Below are positions 29,900-39,949 of a DNA stretch of 64,000 nucleotides, piece after piece. The stretch covers positions 202,203-266,202 of the forward strand of contig JASFQK010000001.1 in the NCBI GenBank assembly GCA_050115495.1, in the 5' to 3' direction. The DNA is from Phycisphaerae bacterium. GTDB taxonomy: Bacteria; Planctomycetota; Phycisphaerae; UBA1845; Fen-1342. Below the pieces are notes generated by a model. The model was not told the origin of the DNA. It did not search any database and saw only the letters and a list, made by a program, of their open reading frames with translations. The number at the start of each line of letters is the position of its first letter. Position 1 is the stretch's first letter. A program made the translations under genes and the position numbers.

Positions 29900-31189
29900 G
29901 TGGCCGTGGCAGCGATAGCTGCGACGCTGACGAGATGGTGGCGCTGGGCCGCGTGGCCGGTCCGGGTGTGTCTGCCCGCGCTGGCCACCGTAGTCCTCTT
30001 CGCCATCGTTCTTCTGCTGATCATGGTGCCGACGCTGGAGCGGAGCATCATCGAGCGGAAGAAGGAGACGGTGCGGCGGCTGACCGAGGCGGCCTGGAGT
30101 GTGCTGGCCGAATGTCACGCCGAGGAGCTGGCAGGGCGGGCGACACGGGAGGAAGCCCAGGCGGCGGCGATCGAACAGATCGACCATATGCGCTACGGCC
30201 CGGGCATGAAGGACTATTTCTGGATTAACGATACGGGGGCGCACATGGTGGCGCATCCGTACCGGCCGGACCTTGTCGGCCACGACCTGACCGACATGAC
30301 CGATCCGGGTGGCAAGCGTCTGTTCGCCGTGGTCGCCGAGACCGGGCGCGATGGGGGCGAGGGTTTCGTCGAGTACCACTGGCAGCGGCTGGACGACAGC
30401 AGCCGGATTGAACCCAAGGTGTCCTATGTGAAGGGCTTTGCGCCGTGGGGCTGGGTGGTCGGCACCGGGCTGTACGTCGAGGACGTGAAGGCCGAGGTGG
30501 CGGCGCTGACCCGCAAGCTGATGCTACTCTCCTCGGGCATACTGGTGCTGGTGCTGCTGCTGTCGGGGTGGATCGTCTGGCAGATCGTGGCAGCCGAGCG
30601 GCGGCGGCGGCGGGCGGAGGAGGGTTTGCTCGCGGAACGTCGGCAGTTGCTGTCGATCTTCGACAGCATCGACGAGCCCATCTACGTCAGCGACCCGCGG
30701 ACGTACGAGCTGCTGTACGCGAACGAGTCGTGCCGGCAGCGCTGGGGCGCTGAGACCGGCCAACCCTGCTACAAGACGCTGCACGGGCAGGACAGGCCGT
30801 GCCCGTTCTGCACGAACGCGGAGATCTTCGGGACGAACGCGGGGCGGATCCATGTGTGGGAGCTGCGCCGTCGGCAGGGGGACCGTTGGTACCGCTGCAT
30901 CGATAAGGCCATCGACTGGCCGGGCGAGCAACTCGTGCGGCTGGAGATGGCGGTGGACATTACCGAGCGCAAACGGGCCGAGGACGAGTTGCAGCACCGC
31001 GTGCAGGAGACCACCGAAGCCCGGCGGCGGCTGGAGGTGCTGGTCAGCAACATCGCCGGCCGCGAGCGGCGCATGGTCGAGCTCAAACATGAGGTGAACG
31101 AGCTGCTGCTGGCGCTCGGGCGATCGGTGAAGTACCGGGCCCCGGAAGAGACGGCGGAGCTGCGGGCCGCCGCGGCACCCCAGACGTGA
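29900..31189 (+). CDS. Membrane sensor: TM-Cache-TM-PAS-coiled coil, no catalytic output domain (start uncertain)
   Basis: DYFWIND...MVAHP...KVSYVKGFAPWGWVVGTGLY (Cache); PAS with C...CPFC; AVDITERK; C-terminal GRERRMVELKHEVNELL. Confidence 0.85.
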   Translation: MAVAAIAATLTRWWRWAAWPVRVCLPALATVVLFAIVLLLIMVPTLERSIIERKKETVRRLTEAAWSVLAECHAEELAGRATREEAQAAAIEQIDHMRYGPGMKDYFWINDTGAHMVAHPYRPDLVGHDLTDMTDPGGKRLFAVVAETGRDGGEGFVEYHWQRLDDSSRIEPKVSYVKGFAPWGWVVGTGLYVEDVKAEVAALTRKLMLLSSGILVLVLLLSGWIVWQIVAAERRRRRAEEGLLAERRQLLSIFDSIDEPIYVSDPRTYELLYANESCRQRWGAETGQPCYKTLHGQDRPCPFCTNAEIFGTNAGRIHVWELRRRQGDRWYRCIDKAIDWPGEQLVRLEMAVDITERKRAEDELQHRVQETTEARRRLEVLVSNIAGRERRMVELKHEVNELLLALGRSVKYRAPEETAELRAAAAPQT

Positions 31190-31200
31190 GGAAGACGGCC

Positions 31201-32139
31201 ATGTCCGTGACGCTCTACTGGTTGCAGTGTGGCGGATGCGGCGGCGACAGCATGTCGCTGCTCGGCACCGAGTCGCCGGATCTCGTCGAAATGCTGGCCC
31301 TGGCGGACGTGCGCCTGCTGTGGCATCCGTCGCTGTCGTCGGCCACGCCGCAGGAGCACGAGGCGCTGCTGCAAGCCCTGTTGGATGGACGGAAGCCGCT
31401 GGACGTGTTGTGTCTGGAGGGGGCGATCGTCCGCGGACCGAGCGGCACAGGGATGTATGACCTGCATAACGGTAAGCCGAAGAAGGACCTGGTGGCCGGT
31501 TTGGCGCAGCGGGCGCGGCACGTCGTGGCCGTCGGCACCTGTGCCAGCTTCGGCGGCATCGGGGCCGGCGGAGAGATCGAAGCCTGCGGTGCGCAGTACC
31601 TCCGCTATGAGAAGGGCGGTTTTCTGGGGAAGTCGTTCACCGCCGGCAGCAGCCAGCCCGTGATCAACCTGCCCGGTTGCCCCTGCCACTGCGACGTGGT
31701 GGTCAGCGTGCTGGGCGCGCTGGCGGCGGGGGAGGACGTGGAGCTGGGCGAGTACAACATGCCCGAGCTGTGGTACGGCCTGCTCGTGCACCAGGGCTGC
31801 ACGCGCAACGAGTACCACGAGTACCGCGTCGAGGAGCAGGACTTCGGCGAGAAGGGCTGCCTGTTCTTCCACATGGGCTGTCACGGGCCGCTGGTGTACG
31901 GGCCGTGCAACAAAGTGCTGTGGAATCGGCGAAGCTCGAAGACGCGGGCCGGCGTGCCCTGCTTCGGCTGCACGCGGCCGGACTTCCCGCAGGCCTACCC
32001 CTTCTTCCGCACCGAGAACATCGAGGGGATCCCGAAGCAGCTTCCGGACGGCGTCGACCGGGCGCATTACCTGGCCTACAAAGGCATGGCCGCGGCGGCC
32101 GCACCGCAACGGCTGAGGGTACGCAAGACCCGCGTATAG
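31201..32139 (+). CDS. [NiFe]-hydrogenase small subunit, cytoplasmic sensory type (group 2-like)
   Basis: WLQCGGCGGD, GTCASFGG, PGCP, HQGC, GCLF...GCHGP, CFGC; no Tat signal. Confidence 0.92.
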   Translation: MSVTLYWLQCGGCGGDSMSLLGTESPDLVEMLALADVRLLWHPSLSSATPQEHEALLQALLDGRKPLDVLCLEGAIVRGPSGTGMYDLHNGKPKKDLVAGLAQRARHVVAVGTCASFGGIGAGGEIEACGAQYLRYEKGGFLGKSFTAGSSQPVINLPGCPCHCDVVVSVLGALAAGEDVELGEYNMPELWYGLLVHQGCTRNEYHEYRVEEQDFGEKGCLFFHMGCHGPLVYGPCNKVLWNRRSSKTRAGVPCFGCTRPDFPQAYPFFRTENIEGIPKQLPDGVDRAHYLAYKGMAAAAAPQRLRVRKTRV

Positions 32140-32154
32140 GATAGGGAGCCTCTC

Positions 32155-33720
32155 GTGACCGAGACCATCGCTTGCACAGCGCCGCCGGATGTGGTCCGGA
32201 AGACGAAGACGCTGAACGTGCCGCTGAACCGCGTCGAGGGGGACCTGGAGATCCGCGTCGCTTTGGAGGACGGCCGGGTCGCCGACGCCTGGAGTGCGGG
32301 CACGATGTACCGCGGGATCGAGAACATGCTCGTCGGCCGCGGGGCGCTCGACGGGTTGGTCATCACGCCGCGCGTCTGCGGCATCTGCACGACGGCGCAT
32401 CTGACGGCGGCGGCGAAGGCCCTGGACGCCATCTCCGGCGCGCAGTTGCCGCCGGACGCGGTGCGCATCCGCAACGTGGCCCTGATGACCGAGCTGGTGC
32501 AGAGCGACGTCCGGCAGCCGGTGCTGATGTTCATGGCGGACTTCGCCGGGGCGTGGCACGCGGAAGAGCCGCTGCATGCCGAGGCCGTCCGGCGGTACGC
32601 CCCGCTGAAGGGCGAGACGGCGATGGAGGTGATCCGCGAGACGAAGAAGGTGATCGAGATTGTGGCCATCCTCGGTGGGCAGTGGCCGCACTCATCGTAC
32701 ATGGTGCCCGGCGGCGTGGTCACGCTGCCCAACGCTGCCGACCTGCAGCAATGTCGCCAGTTGCTGGCGAGCTATCGAGCCTGGTACGAGCGGCGGATCC
32801 TGGGCTGCTCGCTGGAGCGCTGGCAGGCGGTGGCCAGTGCGGCGGACCTGGAGGCGTGGCTGGCAGAAAGCACCGCCCATCGCGACAGCGACCTCGGCTT
32901 CTTCATCCGTTATGGGCGGCAGCTCGGGCTCGAGCAGATCGGCGGCGGGTACGGGAACTTCCTGAGCTTCGGCGGGCTGGACCTGCCGGCGGGGACGGCG
33001 GTGTCGCCGTGGGTCGCGGGGCAGGCCGGTCTGCTGCCGGCGGGGTATGCCGACGGCAACGGCGTGCAGCCGTTCGCCCAGGAGCTGGTGAGCGAGCACG
33101 TGGCGCACTCGTGGTTCATGGATTACGCCGGCGGGCGGCACCCGTTCGAGGGGGAGACGCGGCCGTACGCTACGGGTGGCGAAGGGACGAAATACTCGTG
33201 GGCCAAGGCGCCGCGCTACAGCGGTCAACCCGCGGAGGTCGGGCCGCTGGCGGAGATGATCATCGCCGGCCGGCCGCTGTTTGCAGACCTGGTGCGCCGT
33301 AACGGACCGAACGCGCTGGTTCGCGTGCTGGCCCGGCTGGTGCGGCCGGCGGAGCTGTTCGAGCCGCTGGCGTGCTGGCTGCGCGAGATCGAGGTGGACG
33401 GCACGTACTACGTGTCGGCGGGGCAGATCGGCGCCGGCCGGGGCTGCGGCCTGACGGAGGCGACGCGCGGGGCGCTGGGGCACTGGGTCGAGATCGCTGA
33501 CGGGCGGATTCAGCGTTACCAGATCATCACACCGACGGCGTGGAACGGCTCGCCACGGGATGCGGGTGATGTGCGCGGTCCGTGGGAGGAAGCGCTGGTC
33601 GGCACACCCGTGCGGGATCCGGCAAGCCCGGTGGAGCTGGGCTACGTGGTGCGGTCGTTCGATCCGTGCCTGGTGTGCACGGTGCACACGGTGCGGGTGC
33701 GGCCGGGACGAGGAGGATAA
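32155..33720 (+). CDS. [NiFe]-hydrogenase large subunit, sensory type (group 2c-like)
   Basis: RVEGD, L1 PRVCGIC, L2 DPCLVCTVH followed by only 10 residues. Confidence 0.93.
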   Translation: MTETIACTAPPDVVRKTKTLNVPLNRVEGDLEIRVALEDGRVADAWSAGTMYRGIENMLVGRGALDGLVITPRVCGICTTAHLTAAAKALDAISGAQLPPDAVRIRNVALMTELVQSDVRQPVLMFMADFAGAWHAEEPLHAEAVRRYAPLKGETAMEVIRETKKVIEIVAILGGQWPHSSYMVPGGVVTLPNAADLQQCRQLLASYRAWYERRILGCSLERWQAVASAADLEAWLAESTAHRDSDLGFFIRYGRQLGLEQIGGGYGNFLSFGGLDLPAGTAVSPWVAGQAGLLPAGYADGNGVQPFAQELVSEHVAHSWFMDYAGGRHPFEGETRPYATGGEGTKYSWAKAPRYSGQPAEVGPLAEMIIAGRPLFADLVRRNGPNALVRVLARLVRPAELFEPLACWLREIEVDGTYYVSAGQIGAGRGCGLTEATRGALGHWVEIADGRIQRYQIITPTAWNGSPRDAGDVRGPWEEALVGTPVRDPASPVELGYVVRSFDPCLVCTVHTVRVRPGRGG

Positions 33721-33728
33721 CCGGGCAT

Positions 33729-35294
<1,566 letters not shown>

Positions 35295-35340
35295 ACAAAC
35301 GACAGGTAGTATCCGCCATAAGAAACGCCGGCGGGGCAAG

Positions 35341-35414
35341 TGCGCCAGACGGGATTCGAACCCGTACTTGGAGGATTTTAAGTCCTCTGCCTCTGCCATT
35401 TGGGCTACTGGCGC
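35341..35414 (-). tRNA. tRNA-Leu(UAA), 74 nt, short variable loop, CCA not encoded
   Basis: GCGCCAG/CTGGCGC acceptor stem, GAGGA-CTTAAAA-TCCTC anticodon arm, ACGGG-TTCGAAT-CCCGT T arm, discriminator A. Confidence 0.93.
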
Positions 35415-35587
35415 TGGTGACGCAAAGCCGTAGCGACGGCGCCCATTCTACGCGTTCGGCGCAGCGCGCACAGCGGGATCGGCCGGCGGCGGGGTGGTCG
35501 GCCGGCGGCGGGGCGGTTACCCTGCGTCAGGCGGCGCCGGGCGTGCGGTGCCGCAAATGACGTCATGGCTGTTTTGGGGTGTTCACC

Positions 35588-36829
35588 ATGAGCGGTCGCT
35601 TTCACGCCTTGCTGGTAATCGTTTTGTCGATGTCGGTGGCGGGTCTCTCGGGGTGCGCGCTCGGGCCGACGGCATTGCGCGTCAGCCGGACCGCCTATAA
35701 CGAGGCCGTGCAGCGCACTACGGCCGAGCAACTGCTGCTGAACCTCGTGCGCCTGCAATATCGCGAGGCGCCGCTGTTCCTCGAAATGGGCAATATCGCC
35801 ACGCAGTTCACCTTCGAGGGCGGCGGCAGCATCGGTCAGACGATCAACCAGAACATCCCGCGCGAGGAGCCGACGCCGGATGTCTGGGAATGGGGCGCGA
35901 ACGTCGGCTACCGCGAGCAGCCGACGCTGACCTTTTCCCCGCTGCAAGGGGACGATTTCGTGCGGCGGCTGCTGTCGCCGGTGTCGCTGGACAGCATGCT
36001 GCTGCTGACGCGTTCGGGCTGGCGGATCGACCGCGTGCTGCGGATCTGCGTGCAGCAGATGAACGGATTGGACAACGCCTCGAACGCGTCCAGCCCGACG
36101 CCGCAACTGGCCCCGGAGTTCGAGGACCTGGCCCGGGTCAGCGAGGCCCTGCGCGATTTGCAGAAAGAGCGGCTGCTGGAATTGACCACCGAGCTGCGCT
36201 ACCGCGCCGTGGAAGAACTGCCAGTCCGGACCGAGCTGACTCAGGAGGACGTGCTGGGGGCGGAGAAGGCGGGATACGTGTTTCGGCCGGCGGATGGCGG
36301 CGGATACGTGCTGTGCAAGCCGGTGTACGAGGTCGTGTGGCGCATTCCCCTCGACCGTCGTTCGGCCGAGGTGCAGGCGGCGGTCGAGCTGCTCGGGTTG
36401 GATGCGAACGAGACGGAGTACGTGGTCGAGGGACAGGGCAGCAGCGCCGCCCTGGTGTCCACGATGCCGGCGAGCAAGAAGATCCGGCTGGAGACACGTT
36501 CGCTGTTGGGGACGCTGTTCTACCTGTCGCAGGGGATCGATGTGCCCGAGGCGCATCGGCGGGCGGGCGTCGTGACCACGACGGTGCGGGCGGACGGCGA
36601 GCCGTTCGACTGGTCGGACGTGATGGGCGACCTGCTGCACGTGCGTTCGCAACGGCTGCCGCCGAAGAACGCGGCTGTGGCGGTGCTGTACCGCGGGTAT
36701 TGGTTCTACATCGACGATGCCGACCTGTCGTCGAAATCGACGTTCGCCCTGCTGGGGCAGTTGTTCGCGTTGCAGGCCGGCCAGGAAGCGCTGAGCGGCC
36801 CGGTGCTGACGTTGCCGATCGGCGGTTGA
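35588..36829 (+). CDS. Conserved hypothetical lipoprotein
   Basis: Lipobox LSG-C; YNEAV...EQLLLNLVRLQY; YRGYWFYIDDADLSSKSTF. Confidence 0.8.
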   Translation: MSGRFHALLVIVLSMSVAGLSGCALGPTALRVSRTAYNEAVQRTTAEQLLLNLVRLQYREAPLFLEMGNIATQFTFEGGGSIGQTINQNIPREEPTPDVWEWGANVGYREQPTLTFSPLQGDDFVRRLLSPVSLDSMLLLTRSGWRIDRVLRICVQQMNGLDNASNASSPTPQLAPEFEDLARVSEALRDLQKERLLELTTELRYRAVEELPVRTELTQEDVLGAEKAGYVFRPADGGGYVLCKPVYEVVWRIPLDRRSAEVQAAVELLGLDANETEYVVEGQGSSAALVSTMPASKKIRLETRSLLGTLFYLSQGIDVPEAHRRAGVVTTTVRADGEPFDWSDVMGDLLHVRSQRLPPKNAAVAVLYRGYWFYIDDADLSSKSTFALLGQLFALQAGQEALSGPVLTLPIGG

Positions 36830-36845
36830 GCGCGGGAGTCGGCGG

Positions 36846-36874
36846 CACTGGTGGGCAAGCCACCAGTGGCACCC
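36846..36874 (+). repeat. Palindromic repeat CACTGGTGGGCAAGCCACCAGTGGCACCC, copy 2
   Basis: Intergenic, perfect 9-bp stem. Confidence 0.9.
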
Positions 36875-36915
36875 GAGCATCATCCAGGATTCACGGACCC
36901 AGAGAGGTATACACC

Positions 36916-38637
36916 ATGGCCGTGGTGGTCGCGGATGAGACACAGGCGCCGGAATTCCCCAGGCAATACGTGGCGGCGGATGCCGACCTGGGCGACTGGG
37001 CCGTCGCCGAGCGCTATTACCGCGAGTTGCTGGAGCGCCCGGTATCGACGGACGCCGAGGTGGAGAAGTGGCTCATCGACGCCGGCGAATTGGAGGCCGG
37101 CCTCGACGAGGAGCGGGCCCGCCGCTACGTCGCCAGCACCTGCCACACCGACGATCCCTCGACGCAGCAGCGCTACCTGGAGTTCATCGAGCACGTGCAC
37201 GCGGCGGCCCGGCCGTGGCATGACAAGCTCGAGCGCCGGCTGATCGAGCTGGCCGAGCGTTACCCGTTGCCGCCGCGGCGCTATGAGGTCTTGCTGCGCA
37301 GCGCCCGCAACGCCGTCGCCCTCTATCGCGACGCGAACGTGCCGCTGGAGACCGAAGACGCCCGCTTCACCACCGAGCATCAGCAGATCACCGGGGCGAT
37401 GACCTGTCAGTACGAGGGTCGCGAGCAGACCCTACCCGAGATGGTCCGTTACCTGGAGGAGCCGGACCACCGCGTGCGCGAGGAGGCCTGGCGGCTCGTC
37501 GCCGACCGCTGCCAGCAGGACGCGACGCGGCTGGACGACCTGTACGTGCGGATGGTGCAGCTCCGCCGAAAGATGGCCGAAAACGCGGGCTGCGCCGACT
37601 ACCGCGATTACATGTTCAAGCGCATGGAGCGCTTCGACTACACGCCCGACGACTGCCTGCGCTTCCACGACGCCATCGAGGAAATCGTCGTGCCGGCCGT
37701 CAGTGAACTGGCCCGGCGGCGACGCGAGAAGCTGGGTTTGGCGTCGCTACGGCCCTGGGACATGCAGGTCGACATCGAGCAGCGCCCACCGCTACGGCCG
37801 TTCGAGACGGTGGACGAGCTGATCGAAGGCTGCCGGCGGGTTTTCCACAACGTGCATCCTGAACTGGGCCGCGTGCTGGAGACGATGCGCGACCGCAGGC
37901 TGCTCGACCTCGCCAGCCGTTCGGGCAAGGCACCCGGCGGCTACCAGGAGACGTTCGACGAGCAGCGCGTGCCGTTCATCTTCATGAATGCCGTCGGCAC
38001 GGACAACGACGTGCGCACGCTGCTGCACGAGGGCGGCCACGCCTTCCACACCTGGGCCTGCCGCAACGAGCCGCTGCCGGCGTACCGCAGCGCCAACATC
38101 GAGTTCGCCGAGGTGGCCTCGATGGGCATGGAGTGCCTGGCTTTGCCGCACCTGCCGCTCTTCTTCGGCGACGACACGGGCCGGGCCACGCGGCAGTTCT
38201 TCGAGCGCCTCGTCCGCTTCTTCCCGTACATGGCCTGCGTCGACGCTTTCCAGCATCACGTCTACACGCACGTGGACGACGGCCTGGAAAGCTGGAAGGA
38301 CTACTGGCAGGGCCTCACCCGCCGGTTCACGCCGGACATCGATCTCGGCGGCCTCGAAGTGTACGACCGCCACGGCTGGCAGCGCAAGCTGCACGTGTTC
38401 CAGGTGCCGTTCTACTACGTTGAGTACGGCATCGCCCAGCTCGGGGCACTCCAGGTGTGGCTGAACTCGCGGCGGGACTACGATGAGGCGGTGGCTTTGT
38501 ACCGCTACGGGCTGACTCTGGGCGGCTCGCGGCCGCTGCCCGAGCTGTTCGCCGCCGCCGGCTGCCGGTTCGACTTCTCGGCGGCGACGCTTCGCCCACT
38601 GATCGAGGCGGTGATGGAGCAGCTCGCCGAGGGCTAG
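36916..38637 (+). CDS. Oligoendopeptidase, M3 family
   Basis: GKAPGGY, PFIFMN, HEGGH, EFAEVASM, PFYYVEY. Confidence 0.95.
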   Translation: MAVVVADETQAPEFPRQYVAADADLGDWAVAERYYRELLERPVSTDAEVEKWLIDAGELEAGLDEERARRYVASTCHTDDPSTQQRYLEFIEHVHAAARPWHDKLERRLIELAERYPLPPRRYEVLLRSARNAVALYRDANVPLETEDARFTTEHQQITGAMTCQYEGREQTLPEMVRYLEEPDHRVREEAWRLVADRCQQDATRLDDLYVRMVQLRRKMAENAGCADYRDYMFKRMERFDYTPDDCLRFHDAIEEIVVPAVSELARRRREKLGLASLRPWDMQVDIEQRPPLRPFETVDELIEGCRRVFHNVHPELGRVLETMRDRRLLDLASRSGKAPGGYQETFDEQRVPFIFMNAVGTDNDVRTLLHEGGHAFHTWACRNEPLPAYRSANIEFAEVASMGMECLALPHLPLFFGDDTGRATRQFFERLVRFFPYMACVDAFQHHVYTHVDDGLESWKDYWQGLTRRFTPDIDLGGLEVYDRHGWQRKLHVFQVPFYYVEYGIAQLGALQVWLNSRRDYDEAVALYRYGLTLGGSRPLPELFAAAGCRFDFSAATLRPLIEAVMEQLAEG

Positions 38638-38738
38638 GGGGCCGTGGGAACGGCCACTGGCCGCCGGCCGGGTGAGCGAGTATCTTCCGATCGTCAGGAT
38701 TGGCGACGGCCGTCGCGCAGCGAAAAAAAAAACACCGG

Positions 38739-38767
38739 CACTGGTGGACAAGCCACCAGTGGCACCC
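38739..38767 (+). repeat. Palindromic repeat, copy 3 (loop variant ACAAG)
   Basis: CACTGGTGGACAAGCCACCAGTGGCACCC preceded by an A10 run. Confidence 0.9.
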
Positions 38768-38842
38768 GGTGTGTCGGCCGTCGCATGGCAGGATGCCATC
38801 GTCAGGAACGGAGCCCGAGGGACGGAGCCCAGGAGGTGTTAC

Positions 38843-39949
38843 GTGCGGTACTCGCAGCGGAAGCGGCGGAATCGGTTCGTTATCCCGGTCGTATTGCTGG
38901 TGGTCGCGGGTGCGGTCGGCGGATGGTGGTATTCCGGCGGATTGCGCTCGGTCTGGCCGGCCAGTGCATCGGCCGTCAGTGAGACGCCGCCCGCGGAACC
39001 GGCTCCGCAGGAAGAGAAGCCGATCGTGGTGACCTTGCCGGAGGCCGGCGATCAGACGGTCGCGGCCGCGCCGGATTATTCGGAAGATGAAGTGCTGGAA
39101 CCAGTCGGGCAGGTGCTGCCCGGGCTGACGCTCGCCGAGACGGACGATCCGCCGGCCACTCCGCCTTCAGCAACGAATGAGCCCGCCGGCGATTCGACCG
39201 GCAATCCGGCGATCGAGGCTTTGCAGCGGCGGATGAAGGCCGGCGAGACGCTGGCGGCTCGCAGCGGGCTGAACGCGATGCTGACGGAGAACCTGCCGCG
39301 AGCGGACAAGGCCGAAGTGCGGCGGCTGCTGACCGAACTCGGCGAGCAGACGATCTTCTCCCGGCGTTGCATACCGGGCGATCCGCTGGTGGGCGATTAC
39401 GTGGTGCAGTCGGGCGACGCGCTGGTGCGCATCGGTCGCGAATACCACGTGCCGGCCGAGACGCTGATGCGCATCAACGGCATCAGCGATCCGCGGCTGT
39501 TGCGGGCCGATCAGAAGATCAAGGTGCTGCGCGGGCCGTTCCACGTGCGGATCGAGAAGTCCGACTTTCGCATGGACGTGTACTTGCAGGACCAGTACGT
39601 GCGCAGCTTCCGCGTCGGTCTCGGCGCCGATCAGGGCACGCCCGAGGGACAGTGGCGCGTGAAGGAGCGTCTGGAGAACCCGACGTATTACCCGCCGGCC
39701 TCGGCCGAGGTGAAGCGCGTGATTCCGCCGGGCGATCCGACGAATCCGCTGGGCGGGCACTGGATCGGACTGGAAGGGGTCAGCGGCGACGCCGTGGGCC
39801 GCGTCGGTTACGGCATTCACGGGACGATCGAGCCGGACTCGATCGGCAAGGCCGTCTCGATGGGTTGCGTGCGCATGCGCAACGAGGATGTGGCGCTGTT
39901 GTACGCGCTGCTACTGCCTGGTGAATCGACGGTGACGATCGTGCCATGA
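38843..39949 (+). CDS. LysM domain L,D-transpeptidase (YkuD family)
   Basis: AGGAGG plus GTG start, TM anchor, LysM (YVVQSGDAL...LMRINGI), GIHGT...SMGCVRM. Confidence 0.92.
   Translation: MRYSQRKRRNRFVIPVVLLVVAGAVGGWWYSGGLRSVWPASASAVSETPPAEPAPQEEKPIVVTLPEAGDQTVAAAPDYSEDEVLEPVGQVLPGLTLAETDDPPATPPSATNEPAGDSTGNPAIEALQRRMKAGETLAARSGLNAMLTENLPRADKAEVRRLLTELGEQTIFSRRCIPGDPLVGDYVVQSGDALVRIGREYHVPAETLMRINGISDPRLLRADQKIKVLRGPFHVRIEKSDFRMDVYLQDQYVRSFRVGLGADQGTPEGQWRVKERLENPTYYPPASAEVKRVIPPGDPTNPLGGHWIGLEGVSGDAVGRVGYGIHGTIEPDSIGKAVSMGCVRMRNEDVALLYALLLPGESTVTIVP

Noticed and set aside
35890..36915. N-terminal extension of the M3 peptidase ORF; similar extensions at 25322-26065 and 27517-27705
   Set aside because: They overlap other genes or repeats; better starts lie downstream
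38723..38732. A10 tract as a phase-variation site in the L,D-transpeptidase gene
   Set aside because: It lies upstream of the probable GTG start at 38843, next to a repeat; no evidence of variation
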